NCBI GenBank assembly: GCA_965153285.1 | Contig: OZ229114.1 | Origin: Podarcis tiliguerta | Lineage: Eukaryota | Length of the DNA: 64,000 bases | Reading direction: 5' to 3' (one strand) | Shown: positions 1 to 12,350 of the stretch, piece by piece | How the letters are laid out: the number at the start of each line of letters is the position of its first letter | How positions within the stretch are numbered: position 1 is the stretch's first letter | Made by a program: the position numbers and the translations under genes | The notes under the pieces: generated by a model | Seen by the model: the letters and a program-made list of their open reading frames with translations, nothing else | The model's database searches: none | Told to the model about the DNA's origin: nothing

Positions 1-571
1 AAAATATTTATTTTTAAATACTATACAATGCAATAGAAAAACATGAGCGCACTGCTGGCATCATCGGAGTGGAAACGTATTGAGACCCAAGTACTAAGGG
101 CGCTGAACTCAGTGCTAGCAAGCAGCTATAGACAACACCCTTTGTGGCCTTTACTCACAGAACTTTAGCACATTCCTCTCTCTAATGTGTTTCTTGACAT
201 GTCGCTAGTCAACAACCCACTAGGCAAAGGTCCTGGGAATGCAGTGCAGATGGATTGATTCAGTAGACGTAGCGGCAGATGTAATATAATAAAGAGTGTA
301 ATTGAAGAACCTTTATAACCCAGAGTATCTTTCAAATGAGCTCTAAGTGGCTAGCAGGAAAATCAGTAAAACAATACGCAACAAATTATAAACAATAAAT
401 CTTGCTGTTCATTTGTTGTTGTTTTTATTGTTGTGTCTTATATGGATTGGCCTTGTAGGCCACCTTGAGGGCATTTGTCCAAAGGTGCACAAATAAATAA
501 AATGGGAGGATTTCACCCCATTATGACATTCCATTTATATGAATGTCCCTGAATATGAATTACCCTGAAGT

Positions 572-700
572 TCATAGAATCATAGGATTGTAGACTCGGA
601 AGGAACCATGAGGGTCATCTAGTCTGACCCTCTGCAATGCAGGAATCTTTTGACCAATATGGGGCTCGAACCCATGACCCTGAGATTAAGAGTTTCATGC
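572..700 (-). mobile_element. tRNA-Lys-derived SINE with CR1-type 3' tail (5'-truncated)
   Basis: Reverse complement reads ACTCTTAATCTCAGGGTCATGGGTTCGAGCCCCA (tRNA-Lys-CTT-like, B box), then CR1-like GACTAGATGACCCTC...CCTTCC...ATGATTCTATGA. Confidence 0.8.
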
Positions 701-1368
701 TTGGGGGGGGGGCTGTGTGAAAATGTGTGTCTGCACAGGATGGAGGGGATATATTTAAGTCCATCCCTCTGCTCCTTCCACACCACTGCAAATTACTGTG
801 AATCTCTTAGAAAAAACACACATTAAAACACATTTAAAGTTCTCAGTGTTTCACCATCTTAGTCCTATAGAAAGCTATGCTAAACAGAGAGGCATTCCAA
901 ATTTACTTTAAGATAAATGTGTGTAGGATTTGGATTTCTGCATGCAAAAATCACATTGAGTTCATTGAGAAGAGCATTTGTGTATTTAACTTGTGAAGAA
1001 AGAGGTAGACCCATCAGGAGGGAAGATAAGGCAGCATCTTGCCTTATGACAATTCAGTGAGGTGTTGAAGTCTCCAGGCCCAGTTTGGTAAAACATACAA
1101 TCTGGAAGTTCTGATATTGTATGGCTAATGGCAGGTATGTACTCAACAGCTGCCATAGATCAGGCCAAGCACTTGGCAAATGGAGCTACCAAAAGCATTA
1201 TTGTTTTATGGAAACAGTTTAAATCAAGATCATCATCAGTGCCTTTTATAGTAATTCCAGTTTTAGAGAGCATATAATCTCACCTTCAGTCATTTGAAAG
1301 TGTGACCCATCTATTTCCGTGCTTGAAAGGCCAGCCAAATTAATACACTCCCATTACCTAGCCCTTAC

Positions 1369-1413
1369 CTTTTCTCCATCATGTCCGGGAGGACCAGGCA
1401 GGCCAATTTCACC
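1369..1413 (-). CDS. COL13A1: COL13A1 exon, 45 nt, GEIGLPGPPGHDGEK (COL3)
   Basis: tcttag|GGT...AAG|gtaagg; identical to the recalled human peptide. Confidence 0.96.
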
Positions 1414-2863
1414 CTAAGATGCAGAAACCAATGGAGATTTTTAAAAAATAATTGTGAAGGGCTATTTCACCTCTTTGTGTGTTAAGCACGGGAAGTGACG
1501 AAAAACAACTCTGCAGGTAGAAGAATCATAGGTAATTATAGCAAACTTCACTCTCCAGGTGCGTAGCAAAATCCAGGCAAAAGAGAGTGGTATCAGCAGG
1601 CTTGGTGGGGGAGTTCCAAGGGTTGCATAATAATAATAAAAAACCTTTAGATACAAACCTTAAGGTACGGGAAAACACCAAACAATCCAATGAGGATTGA
1701 GCATAGTAAGTGGCTACAGAACCTTGTGAGACTGCAACCTGGAAATCTACACTGCACATTGAAATTCCCTAATGCAGGGAGCATGAAGGAGCCATGACCA
1801 TTCTCGCTTGTTCCACTCTTTTCTGGCACCTGTATTTCGCAGTAGATCTAGAGTCTGCTTATTACGACAAGTGGAGAACAGGAGGGAGGTTGGGAGGATG
1901 GGGAACTTGTGGGGAAGCCTGGGTTGTCTTCTGCTTGGACTGGGATATTTCCAGCCAACAACCTGGCAGTCCTATTCACTTGACAATAGCAGTGCCCTAG
2001 AACTCCCACACCACAGAGGGATTCGCACAAGAGCCAAGTTTGGGGAAGAGGTTTTCCAAGATGGGAATATCAGGGAAGAAATGCAGTCTGTTCCCCCAGC
2101 TGTGCTGATGCCTGTGTACATTCTACTTTTCCTCAAATCATTCTGGGTGCTGTAGTTTACCCCTAAATTCTTTGAATGTGCTTTGAATGTATTTCATAGT
2201 GTGAATGTACCTAGCGTCCGCTATACACACCTAGTGTCATTTAACTAACAGAGGCAATTGAAATTCATCCCCCAGTTTTGTGTTATTTCCTTATGGCCAC
2301 TGAGAATGAAGTATAATTCCTTGCCATAGCATAGATGCAGCACAACCATCAGACACAAAACCAGGTTTTAAATTATGCTTAAGGATGGACATACAGGTTT
2401 TTTTAAAAAAAGCAAATTCTCTGTGGTAAATTAATTTACAACCAGGTGTGTCATCTATCTGGCTTGTACCTAACATGCACTTGCCTCAGGTACAGCAATC
2501 AGGGAGTAAAATGCAATGTGCAGAAAAGCCTTTAGAGTGCAGTTGACTAAACAAGGGTGACTGAAAAAGACGTTTCTTGTGTCAGACATTATCCAGGCGT
2601 ACTTTCATTTATAGAACATTTCCCCTTAGTAATGGAATGCACAGCACCACCTCATACTAAAACTAGGCTTTATTATTCTGCAGTTATAAAATGTGAGATA
2701 TAATGAGTAGGATAAAAAGTTTACAGCTGCCTTTTCATTATGGAGTGATGAGGATACTCAGGGAAAATAACTCTACTGGTCATGTAGTACATTAATGCTT
2801 ATACACGATCTTTTTCAGTTACCCAAGAGTAAGTTCCATTGAACGGGACTTGTTTTTGAGTAG

Positions 2864-2948
2864 ATCCTATATTTGTTGTTGTTTAGTCATGTCCGGGTCA
2901 TGAAGAGTCGGACACAACTAAACGACTAAACAACAACAAATATAGGAT
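2864..2948. mobile_element. BovB/RTE LINE extreme 3' end arranged as a fold-back (inverted) structure
   Basis: GGGTCATGAAGAGTCGGACACAACTAAACGACTAAACAACAACAA on +, preceded by an inverted partial copy; perfect 25-bp inverted repeat at 2864-2888 / 2924-2948. Confidence 0.75.
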
Positions 2949-3140
2949 TGCATTGCAAGGTCCCAATTATTACTAAGCTTGGAGCATAATCACAAGTTCA
3001 GCATTTTTGAATTTAAATGAGAGAAACATGTGTAGGCATCCATTGCATCAAAACCTTATGGGCCTTAAAGTGTTTTTGTTTTGTTTTTTTCTAGATCATG
3101 CCCTAGTCATTTTTAAGGAATCTCAGATTGTGACTCTTAC

Positions 3141-3194
3141 CTTCTGTCCAGGTAGTCCTGGAGGACCTGCGACACCAGGTAGTCCAGGAGGTCC
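3141..3194 (-). CDS. COL13A1: COL13A1 exon, 54 nt, [18 protein letters not shown] (start of COL3)
   Basis: catcag|GGA...AAG|gtaaga; one triplet shorter than the recalled human [21 protein letters not shown]. Confidence 0.94.
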
Positions 3195-3294
3195 CTGATG
3201 AAAGAAAAACTCCTGTTTACAAAATAACTTGCTTTCTTCCTTTAAAAATGAAAACATTGCAAAAGTAGATATTTCTTAATGCTAAGAGCTCTTT

Positions 3295-3472
3295 GACAGT
3301 GAACCAGGCTGCCTCAGGCAGTGGTGGGCTCTTCCTTTGCTTGTGGTACTTAAGCAGAGGCTGATGGACAGCCATCTGTCAGGGATGCTGCAGCAGCATC
3401 TTGCTTTGCTGATCCTGCGCACTGGTTGGACCAAATAACCTCCTAGGTGTCTTCCAACGGTTGCTGATTCTA
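3295..3472 (+). mobile_element. Degenerate CR1 LINE 3' end
   Basis: GCAGTGGTGGGCTCTTCC...TTAAGCAGAGGCTGATGGACAGCCATCTGTCAGGGATGCTG...GGTTGGAC...TTCCAAC...GATTCTA. Confidence 0.65.
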
Positions 3473-3536
3473 CCCCTTTTATGTAACAGAACTTTGTTTA
3501 TAAACCCCAGTGCATATAGGAGGAAAGGTGACTCAC

Positions 3537-3560
3537 CATAAGGGCCAAGGTTCGTATCTC
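3537..3560 (-). CDS. COL13A1: COL13A1 exon, 24 nt, EIRTLALM (NC3)
   Basis: ttccag|GAG...ATG|gtgagt; identical to the recalled human peptide. Confidence 0.95.
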
Positions 3561-5394
3561 CTGGAAAAACCCCAAAAAATATATATTAAAGTTTCTTCTT
3601 AAAGAAGCGGCTTTCTTCCTTTCACCTCCAAACTAATGCTCAAACAATTAACCACATGTTGCATGAAATGTAATGTAGGTTTTATTTCCATTCTGGAATT
3701 TCAAAATAGTTTTTACACTGAAATTTTTCTTTAGGGAGAACAGCAGCTTTACAGCATCTTCATAATATGGGTGAGACTCAACTCAGCAAATGTGAAGCGA
3801 CTTCCTCTTCCCTTCCCCTCCTTGCAGAGGGTCTCCCAGCCCTCTGAATTAGATGAAGAGGGGCATCAATGGGAACAGGGAATCTTGTTTACAGAAGTGG
3901 AACTCAGTGCACAAGTAGGGCACCACAACTGGATATACCACCCTATATGTTTACAAATGGTCAAGTTGATCAGCCATTACGGATGCATAGAAGAAATCAT
4001 CCAAGTTGGCATTCCTAATCTAAAACAAGCACTACTTCAGTACCTTGAAATTCAAAACCATTTCTCCCCAAACAAGCAATTTCCATACAGCTCTTCCTGT
4101 ATATATACTATAGACCTGGTTCCTACAGCCCTTCAAGTGGTCTTTTTATAGTTCAATGCTTTAGACAGCCATACTACTGATTAGTGTACACTGCTCCCAC
4201 CCATCATCAATCATCAGGCTGCATTGAACCCATCAGTTTACTTGCCTATTTCTGGTGCACAGAAATAGCTTGAACTCCCATGGTAAAGACCAGAAAAGAA
4301 TAGGTTAATATGAGGTACAAAATAGAATTTATTAAGCAGACAAGAAATCTTCATTAGGGGGGAAAACCCATTTCAGAGAGTTAAGCTCTTATTCAAAATA
4401 TAAGTATTGCAAGAAGTTCTTTACTGATTCCTACTGCCTAATGGGTCTATAAACATCTGTTGTAGCTAGGTAACAAATCTGAAACATCTGCAGTATTAAT
4501 CTGGCAGGTGGGGAACTATCTTATTACTACTGCTATGTCTGTACAACTCTTGCAAAAAGTGATCTGCTGGCAGGAGCTATTCAGGCATATTATATAATAT
4601 TGCATTTTGAATTAATGTTCTCTTTGTCCTAGCTGACAGCCTATTGGTAGGGTATAAAAGAGATCATGGAGTGCAGAAGTTAGAATACTGAGAGACATGC
4701 TGAATAGCACCGCAGTGTACAGTCTGAAGGCAAATGAGACTAACATCTTGCTGGAGCTAAGCAGACCTCCTCAGGCATTAGATGTGAGAAACGGACAATG
4801 TCTTGTCCCTCCTTCGACTCAGATATTCTGTGGTCTTGGAGATTCAGACAGTCGTTGGTCATCTCCATATCTTGCATTCTAGCATATTTTTAGAAAAGGA
4901 CCAAGATCCATAGCTTCTTAAACATTCCTTGTGATGTCAGTAAGCTTAGGGCCAAAAAAAATGTGATGCGAAATGCATCACTACAAATTAAACCAATCTT
5001 TTAAAAACTAAATAAGCAAGAGTTGGTTCCCTATCACTTGGGCTCCACAGGCCCAAGAGAATAACCCTTTCTATCCCATCATGGTTTCAAAGAGAATTAT
5101 CTCCACGTAGCAATGGAAGTTTTGCTCCTGGGGTTAACAGTAACTGCGGGGGTGATTTTAATTGGAATCATGGCAGGGGAATAAAGAGTTTTTAAAAACT
5201 CTCTCTATGAGCCACAGTTCTGATTTTGTTTGGGCCTCTCATGCCTGCTATTTAAAAAAATTCACATAACTCGTAGTGACCTGTTTAGCATCATGTATAG
5301 TTTGGCTTGAAATTTACTAACAGTATAAGGAATGGATATCAGCTCCGAACATCAAAAGAAAATCCAAAATAAGCTAGACCTACTTATACAGTAA

Positions 5395-5748
5395 GGGACG
5401 CGGGTAGCGCTGTGGGTTAAACGACAGAGCCTAGGATTGGCTGACCAGAAGGTCTGCGGTTCGAATCCCCATGACGGGGTGAACTCCCGTTGCTCAGTCC
5501 CAGCTCCTGCCCACCTAGCAGTTCGAAAGGACGTCAAAGTGCAAGTAGATAAATAGATACTGCTCTGGTGGGAAGGTAAACGGCGTTTCCATGTGCTGCT
5601 CTGGTTCTCCAGATGCGGCTTAGTCATGCTGGCCCCATGACCCGGAAGCTGTACGCCGGCTCCCTCGGCCAATAAAGCGAGATGAGTGCTGCAACCCCAG
5701 AGTCGGTCACGACTGGACCTAATGGTCAAGGGTCCCTTTACCTTTACT
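5395..5748 (+). mobile_element. Full-length Sauria SINE
   Basis: GGGACGCGGGTAGCGCTGTGGGTT head, B box GGTTCGAATCCC, BovB-like 3' part, (ACCTTT)n tail; flanking direct repeat ATACAGTA at 5386-5393 and 5750-5757. Confidence 0.92.
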
Positions 5749-6301
5749 AATACAGTATGGTGTTTAGTGCCACATGTAGTTTGGCTCTTAGTGGACATCT
5801 GGATGGTTTTATACTGAAGCCCGCTTCACAATAAAGTCCAAATGTCACTCAAAAATCTTATTATTGGTTCATGGTGGCTGCATTATCTTTTTTCAAGGCA
5901 TAATGTTTTTGCATGCCATAATAGGCCCTTCAGCTTTGTCCAGTGAGTTGGAGTTTGCTAACACTCCCCAATGTAGGACTTCTGTTCATGCAGTGGTTGG
6001 GATTCTTTATGCATATTCCAGAGGAACGTCACACTTTTGCTGATCTACTTTAGGTAAAAGATGCTGCTTTGCATGCAGTGGAACAAGGAGATTGCAAACT
6101 AATCCTACCATCTTCAATAGGTGACTTCACCAGAATCCCCTGCACATTCTAAAATCTGAGTAGTCCTAAACATGAATGTTCTCCACATCATGATCCAGTG
6201 CTGCTCAATCACTGGCTGTGATTACAATAATTTGTATACATACATATAACACCCAAGTCTCCATACTATAACTTCTACAGAGGTAGCAATTAACTGTATG
6301 A

Positions 6302-6491
6302 CGGGGTGCCCAAACTCTTTTCAAAGAGGGCCAGATTTGATGAAGTAAACATGCATGAGGGCCAACCAAAGTTGTTGAGCTTTTTATAGGATTGAAGTTG
6401 CTGAGCTTTTTTTTAGGATTTTACCCAGGGCCCGAATTAAATCGACTGGCGGACCAGATTAGGCCCCCGAAACAGACTTTGGACATGCCTG
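6302..6491. mobile_element. hAT (Charlie-like) MITE, degenerate
   Basis: Termini CGGGGTGCCCAAACT ... ACTTTGGACATGCCTG; no clean TSD. Confidence 0.65.
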
Positions 6492-6628
6492 CTTATATGA
6501 GATGATCACTTGTTGCAGCTAAATCAGCATGAAACAACCTGTTACTCTTCAAAAAAAATCACCATAAAACAAACAAATAGCAACACATGGTACACACCTG
6601 TGTTGCATGTGTCAGCTTAGTTTATTAC

Positions 6629-6697
6629 CTGTAAAGCTTCATTGATATTGCCATTGTAATCTACCATTTCATTCTTTCCTGGTTCACCCTTGGGACC
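6629..6697 (-). CDS. COL13A1: COL13A1 exon, 69 nt, [23 protein letters not shown] (COL2/NC3)
   Basis: tttcag|GGT...CAG|gtaata; human [23 protein letters not shown]. Confidence 0.96.
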
Positions 6698-7409
6698 CTG
6701 AAAAACAGTACACAGGTGGTTAGAAACCAGTTTCCATCTAGATTAGAGATACTTCAGTGCTTGAAAGTATCTCTAAGTATTCAAGTATCTTGAATAGAAA
6801 GCCCCAAAGAAGAGGATGTGCTTCACAGAAAAACCAGTAGTGCAGTTATAAGTGCACATATAGTCAGATTCTAACCCACTCTGGAATAGTCTTCAGTAAG
6901 CATATCTTCCTCTACTATATTTGCATAAAAGTGTTATCAAGCTGTGGTTCATCTGGCCAAGGACAGGTGGTGCTGCAAACTACAGTGGGTTGACAGCTTG
7001 CCAAAAACACACAAACCACCGTTTAGTGGAAGAGGGCAAGTTGGAGGGAAGAAGTGGCCCAGGTGGGCAAGTGAGCCACAGAGGAACATTCAGTACAGAC
7101 TGGCGCAGCTCCCTAGCAATTGCTCCCTAGTCCTGTTTTGCTGCCCCTGCCACCTGCCACTCCCCTCCACCTTACACTCTTTCAAGGGCTGCTCCTGCAG
7201 TGTAGGGAGGGGTGGGTAGTGAGCTGTAAGGAAAAGGGGCTTTGTTGAACTGTTAGGAGTCAGGGGCTTTTTCTTGTGTGATGGGGAATATTAGGGGAGG
7301 AGGGTTGGCAAAGTCTCCAGGGATTGGGAAGTAGGTGGAGCTGGTGAGCAACCCAAGCACAGATGCAGCCCACAGTATGTATATAAAAGAGCAAGGAGAA
7401 TTTACTCAC

Positions 7410-7496
7410 CTTTGGTCCTGGAGGTCCAGGTAAACCAGGGGGTCCAGGTTCCCCTTTACCTCCTCCAAGTGCATTGTCAGAATCTCCCTTATCTCC
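7410..7496 (-). CDS. COL13A1: COL13A1 exon, 87 nt, [29 protein letters not shown] (COL2)
   Basis: atctag|GGA...AAG|gtgagt; human [29 protein letters not shown]. Confidence 0.95.
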
Positions 7497-7884
7497 CTAG
7501 ATATACAAATAAAGAACAGTGGTCAAATGATTGTAATGCTTGTATTTCTGAACGAGTGAAGGGGAGAAGGTATTGCTGCTAATACCCCTTAGTCAGTTGA
7601 CTGCTGACATTACATATACTAATTGTGAAACCAGTTAGCAAAACCAGCACCATCCACACAGGAGGAGGAGAAACCTACGGATCTGGAGAAGCCAACCAGT
7701 ATTTAGGAAATATAAAACCGAATGGGGGAGGGAGCAAAACAGATCAATGAGTATTAATCATGTTCATTGGGTCTGGAACGCTGACTAAGATGGGCCACGG
7801 TTGGTGGTCCCACATGCCTCTGAGATTTGGCCCGCCTTTCCAAGCCCTTAATGTGATTGGCTCCCTTGGAACTCCATGCCAATA

Positions 7885-8096
7885 CAGTGGTACCTCGGTT
7901 TACAAACTTAATCCAATCTGGAAGTCCGTTCTTAAACAGAAACCATTCTTAAACTGAGGCGCACTTTCCCTAATGAGCCCTTCCACCGTTCGGCTTCCGT
8001 TCTTAGACTGAGGTAAAGTTTGCAAACAAGGGACACTACTTCCGGTTTTGCAGAGTTCGTAAACTGAGGTACTGTTCTTAAACTGAGGTACCACTG
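7885..8096. mobile_element. Tc1/mariner (pogo/Tigger-type) MITE
   Basis: TIRs CAGTGGTACCTCRGTTTA at both ends, TA duplications at 7883-84 and 8097-98. Confidence 0.9.
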
Positions 8097-8467
8097 TAGA
8101 AGTTTGCTTTTAGGCATCTTCTGAAAAAAACAACCACTGAATTATTCAAACAGGTCTTTCAGTTCTGAAATCCTTTGCCAACCAGCTATCACTGATGTGT
8201 TGACATTTTTACTATAATAGTGCGTTTTCAGTCTGTATACCGCCTTGTGGATATTTCATATGAAAGTGCGGCCTATAAACGTTTAAAAAAACCAAATGTA
8301 CAAAGATCTGTCCAGTGAAATATTTTTTTCCAGTCAGATTATTTGCTGTTTTTATGGAAGCATATAGATGCATACTTGGAGGTGCCCTGTTCCCTGAATG
8401 TTTCTGTGCAAGCAAATAAAGAAAATATACCTGGTACCACATCACCTTCCCAGGTAACAAAACAAAC

Positions 8468-8521
8468 CTTTTGTCCTATGGTTCCAGGAGGTCCCGGATC
8501 ACCAGGTTTTCCTTTCTCGCC
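8468..8521 (-). CDS. COL13A1: COL13A1 exon, 54 nt, GEKGKPGDPGPPGTIGQK (COL2)
   Basis: caacag|GGC...AAG|gtttgt; human GEKGAEGSPGLPGLLGQK. Confidence 0.92.
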
Positions 8522-8736
8522 CTGTTGGTGAAATAGACACATGGTTGGATACCTGCTGCAATTATTGGTTTAATCTGCACTAGGATCAGCTGAATGGCGG
8601 TAAATCTATCAATGGACACAACATGGCAAGTATGTCTACAGCTTTGTTCCTGTTCCTTTGCTAGTTTTCTTTCTGAAGAACCATCATTTGCCTTTTGATT
8701 CTATATCACAGCATGGCCATGTGTCCATTTTCTTTT

Positions 8737-8762
8737 ACACACACACACACACACACACACAC
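8737..8762. repeat. (AC)13 microsatellite
   Basis: Seen directly. Confidence 0.95.
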
Positions 8763-9417
8763 GGGTTGGTTTTCTTTTTTTAAAAAAATTCCGGCTACAA
8801 GAAGTTTCTCTCTTTCAAAGAACATGGTTTAAAATGAAACAATCTCTCAAAACTAATCACCATCTAATGAACTTTCCAGTTTTGAAAGGCTGCATTTCAC
8901 AAACATCTTGTGAAGAAACCATCTTCACAGAGCAATCATTTATCTGAAGGTTTGATATTGGGGGCCAGGAACTGGCAGGTGCGTCACAGGTACCAGAATC
9001 AAGGTGATGCAATCCTGTATATGTCCAAGATCATCCATCTACAGTGCCCGTATGGATGGCTTTATACCCTTGTGCTATCCCCAAGTACCTAAGCTTGATA
9101 AAACAAACAATATGGATGTTCCCATTTCAGTTATCTAACACAGAAACACCATTATCATCCCTAGTTTCAGGAAAGTTCTGGCCACCTGTTGCAACCCAAG
9201 GTTAGCACACTTCCTCTTATCCCACTTTGAGCTAACGAGCAATTCAACAAGCAATTTCCAGATTGACGTTCGCTCAACTTAGAGCTAAAGAGCAAATTTT
9301 CCCTGGAAAAGGAGCGGGGAAACCACTTGAACCATACTTTCTAGACATGGGACAAGCGGAAGTGTGGATGAGCCCTCAGTGATTTTGCCAAGTTTCTGTG
9401 CAGGTGTGCATGCTTCA

Positions 9418-9687
9418 CAGAGGCATAGATGGGGGGGGGGGGACAGGGGCGCCACTGGGTGCCACACCGTGGGGGTGCCCAAACCATACATTTCTCCTGG
9501 GAATGACACGGTGGCTCATGCATCTGCAGGCTCCGCAGTGTCGAAACAGCAGTGTGGAGCTTGCAGCCACCTGCTGCCTCCCCCTCAGCTGCCCTGGCTA
9601 AACCCCACCCAGTGGGTGGCTTCCCTTGCCCCTGGGTGCAGGGCATGCACGCCGCCCCAGGTGTCCTAGTGGCTAACTACACCGCTG
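9418..9687. mobile_element. hAT (Tip100-like) MITE
   Basis: Imperfect TIRs CAGAGGCATAG / CAGCGGTGTAG; perfect 8-bp TSD ATGCTTCA at 9410-9417 and 9688-9695. Confidence 0.85.
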
Positions 9688-11728
9688 ATGCTTCAGCTAT
9701 AAGGAGAGATCACTCCATAGTACAAAAGGGTCTGTGGGCTGAATGGCCAAACATTTTGAGCTGTGCCTTTGCAATACATAAAAGCAGCATTCAGTTGCAA
9801 ACAAATTCATTTTGATCTTTTTATGAGCCACCTTTGGCTTATGCCCCAAAGGCAGTGTGCAGTTAAAAGAACAAACAAAAACAACACAAAAATTCACCAT
9901 CAAAACAATGCAAAACACAGAAACAGCAGCATCCATCCCCAAAAAACCAAAGCAGACATCCAACTGCAATTTAAATCAGCTATTCAACACACCGAAATGC
10001 ATGGGAAAATAAGGAAAGGAAATTGCTGCCAAAAGCACTTTATAATGAGTGGTGGGGTAGCTAGTCCAATAAAGACATTGTAAATACAAGGTCAGATGGT
10101 TGTGGGATCCAAACAAAGGCCTTGAGGGAAGACCTTGCATTTTGGGTAGAATCAAGTGGGAGAGAGTAGTCCTTTAAGTAACAGACCCCAAGTTATCCAG
10201 GCAATAGCCAGCACTTTCAAATGTGCCTGGAAAGGAACCAGCAATTATTATAGTTATTTAAGAACTGGTGAGATGCAGTCTCTATAGCTAATACACTGTA
10301 GCTGCTGTGTTTTGTACTAATGGAAGTTTCCAAGGTCTTCAAAGGATATATAATACAGAGTGCATTTCATGAGTCCACACTAAATGTTACCAGAGCACCA
10401 ATAATTGTGGCTGGACAATCTAGCAGGGGTTGCAGCCGATCTACCAGTTCCAGTGACAGTGCTTCATCAATCAGCAGCACCAGACTGTGAACTCCAGAAA
10501 CCGTAACCCCATCCTTAGGGAAATGCAACCCAGTCTGTTCTAATTATCTAAGCTGGCCAGAATGCATTTTTGCTCAAGAAATGTCTGGATTTCAAAATAG
10601 GAAACATGATTTAAATCATATTGATCACACTGATTTATAATAGCACCAGCTGTACGGAAGGCTATCTTGAGACCATTTATTCTGAATCCATTCCATGTAC
10701 CCCAGTGAGAGCCCATTTTTGTAAATTTCTGCTTGACGGCTGGATCACATGGGTATGAACCATATGAGCGACACATTGCTTAATGGGAAGGGCATCACTA
10801 ATATTGCATGTGCAAGCATGATGTATAAAGCAGGTCTGAGAGTTAACAAGGGCAGTTCTTTTTATGGCAATAGGCCTTTGGAAGGAAGGGAAACAGAAGG
10901 GGGGGCACAGAGATTGAGGAAGAATGAGCCAAGTGGTAGGGCAGAATGAAGTACTGAGAGCTGCGTGGAGCAAACCTGATTATCTGACCACTGAAAGCTC
11001 TGTCTGACTTTCCTTTCCAACTGTTTTCTACAACCAAGACAGCCTTCAAAGTTAAATCACAACAGCTGAGATTCTCAGGATGCCAACTTCTGCTCTAGAT
11101 ATAACTGCTTTCTGTGTCTGCATGGTACGCATATGCAGTGGTCCAAATGGACATCGCAATAACACTTTTGAGTACAGATGGAAATTGTTTACTCAGAGGG
11201 CCTTTTTCATGTACTATCTGGATCTGCAGTGAAGAAGTTGAGCTCACTTATATTTCAAAGTGCACACAAGGCATTAAATGGAGTGCTTCATTTTCAAATT
11301 AAGTTGGGAAATGTGAAGAGTTAATAAGCTGCAGCCAGAGCTAATACTAATCAGTTGCATGGATTTTGCTATCTTCAAAGTCAGCAGCAATTGCATCCTC
11401 TTATAAACCGGCATCCCAGCATACATCCAAATCGTTCTGTCCTCCCATCACAATACTTATCCTGTTTGTTATTCCGAGGGTGAAAGCAGACACAATATAT
11501 AAACATATCTCTTTCAGAAGACTGCTAATGTTTGAGTATTCTGAACAGGGGTGCTTCAAATTCTGGGTTTAGTTTTGGGCATACACAGCACACTCCACAC
11601 TTGTAAGAAATAGGATAAAAGCATTCTTTGGCAAGCATGAAAATGCAGCTCAAAGCAACCTGGTCAAGGTTTGGGGGAAGGACAAGACAAATAAGCAAAC
11701 CAAGCTCAAGCATTTGACAATGTCCTAC

Positions 11729-11791
11729 CCTCTGCCCCCTTTTCCCTGGCAAACCTGGGGGGCCCATCTTCCCTGCAACTCCACGGTCTCC
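11729..11791 (-). CDS. COL13A1: COL13A1 exon, 63 nt, GDRGVAGKMGPPGLPGKRGQR (COL2; not in recalled human canonical sequence)
   Basis: pyrimidine tract then ataaag|GGA...AGG|gtagga; 7 perfect triplets. Confidence 0.88.
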
Positions 11792-11934
11792 CTTTATTTG
11801 GAGGATGGGTAAGAAAAGGGAGGCAGAGAATTATGTCTGTTACGCTTGACTGGTAGTCTCAACATAGCCAAACCCCGAAACACCTAAAAGAAATAGCAAA
11901 CTTGCTAAAACTTCTACTTTTGTTGCTGATAGCA

Positions 11935-12090
11935 ACAACATCAGTAGGATTTATATAGAGTTTTAAAGTGGTGAAAACACTCCACACACCTAATCTCAGT
12001 AATCTACACAACAACCCTGTAAAGTAGGTCATTATTGGTGCCCTTCTATTGAAGCTTGGGGAGGAGATCTAGAGCTAAGATATAGTAGCT
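11935..12090 (-). mobile_element. Old MIR/CORE-like SINE fragment
   Basis: CACAACAACCCTGTAAAGTAGGTCATTATT resembles the reverse-complemented MIR core. Confidence 0.5.
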
Positions 12091-12092
12091 CC

Positions 12093-12132
<40 letters not shown>
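12093..12132. repeat. (ATAG)10 microsatellite
   Basis: Seen directly. Confidence 0.95.
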
Positions 12133-12133
<1 letters not shown>

Positions 12134-12323
12134 AACTTCTACAGACCGTGGTAAAATTTCACTTGTCTCCTGCTGGGGAGGGGAGAGGAAAATAGGGAAC
12201 ATCTCTACTGACCAAAGTATTCACATACTCACATCCTGATTATAACACCAGATCTCCTTAAGAGACTTAAAATAAAACATAGACAAAGCAGACTAAGAAC
12301 AGACGTTTCTTTAAGTGCAATAC

Positions 12324-12350
12324 CTTTGCTCCTGGAATCCCTGGCTCACC
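12324..12350 (-). CDS. COL13A1: COL13A1 exon, 27 nt, GEPGIPGAK (COL2)
   Basis: atgcag|GGT...AAG|gtattg; human GEPGIPGTK. Confidence 0.94.

Noticed and set aside
1284-1310. 27-nt AG...GTGAG block resembling a collagen-sized exon
   Set aside because: It has an in-frame TGA, no Gly periodicity, and would need a 58-nt intron.
8431-8467. Alternative downstream donor (CAG|gtatat) for exon 8468-8521
   Set aside because: The 37-nt extension shifts the frame and has no support.
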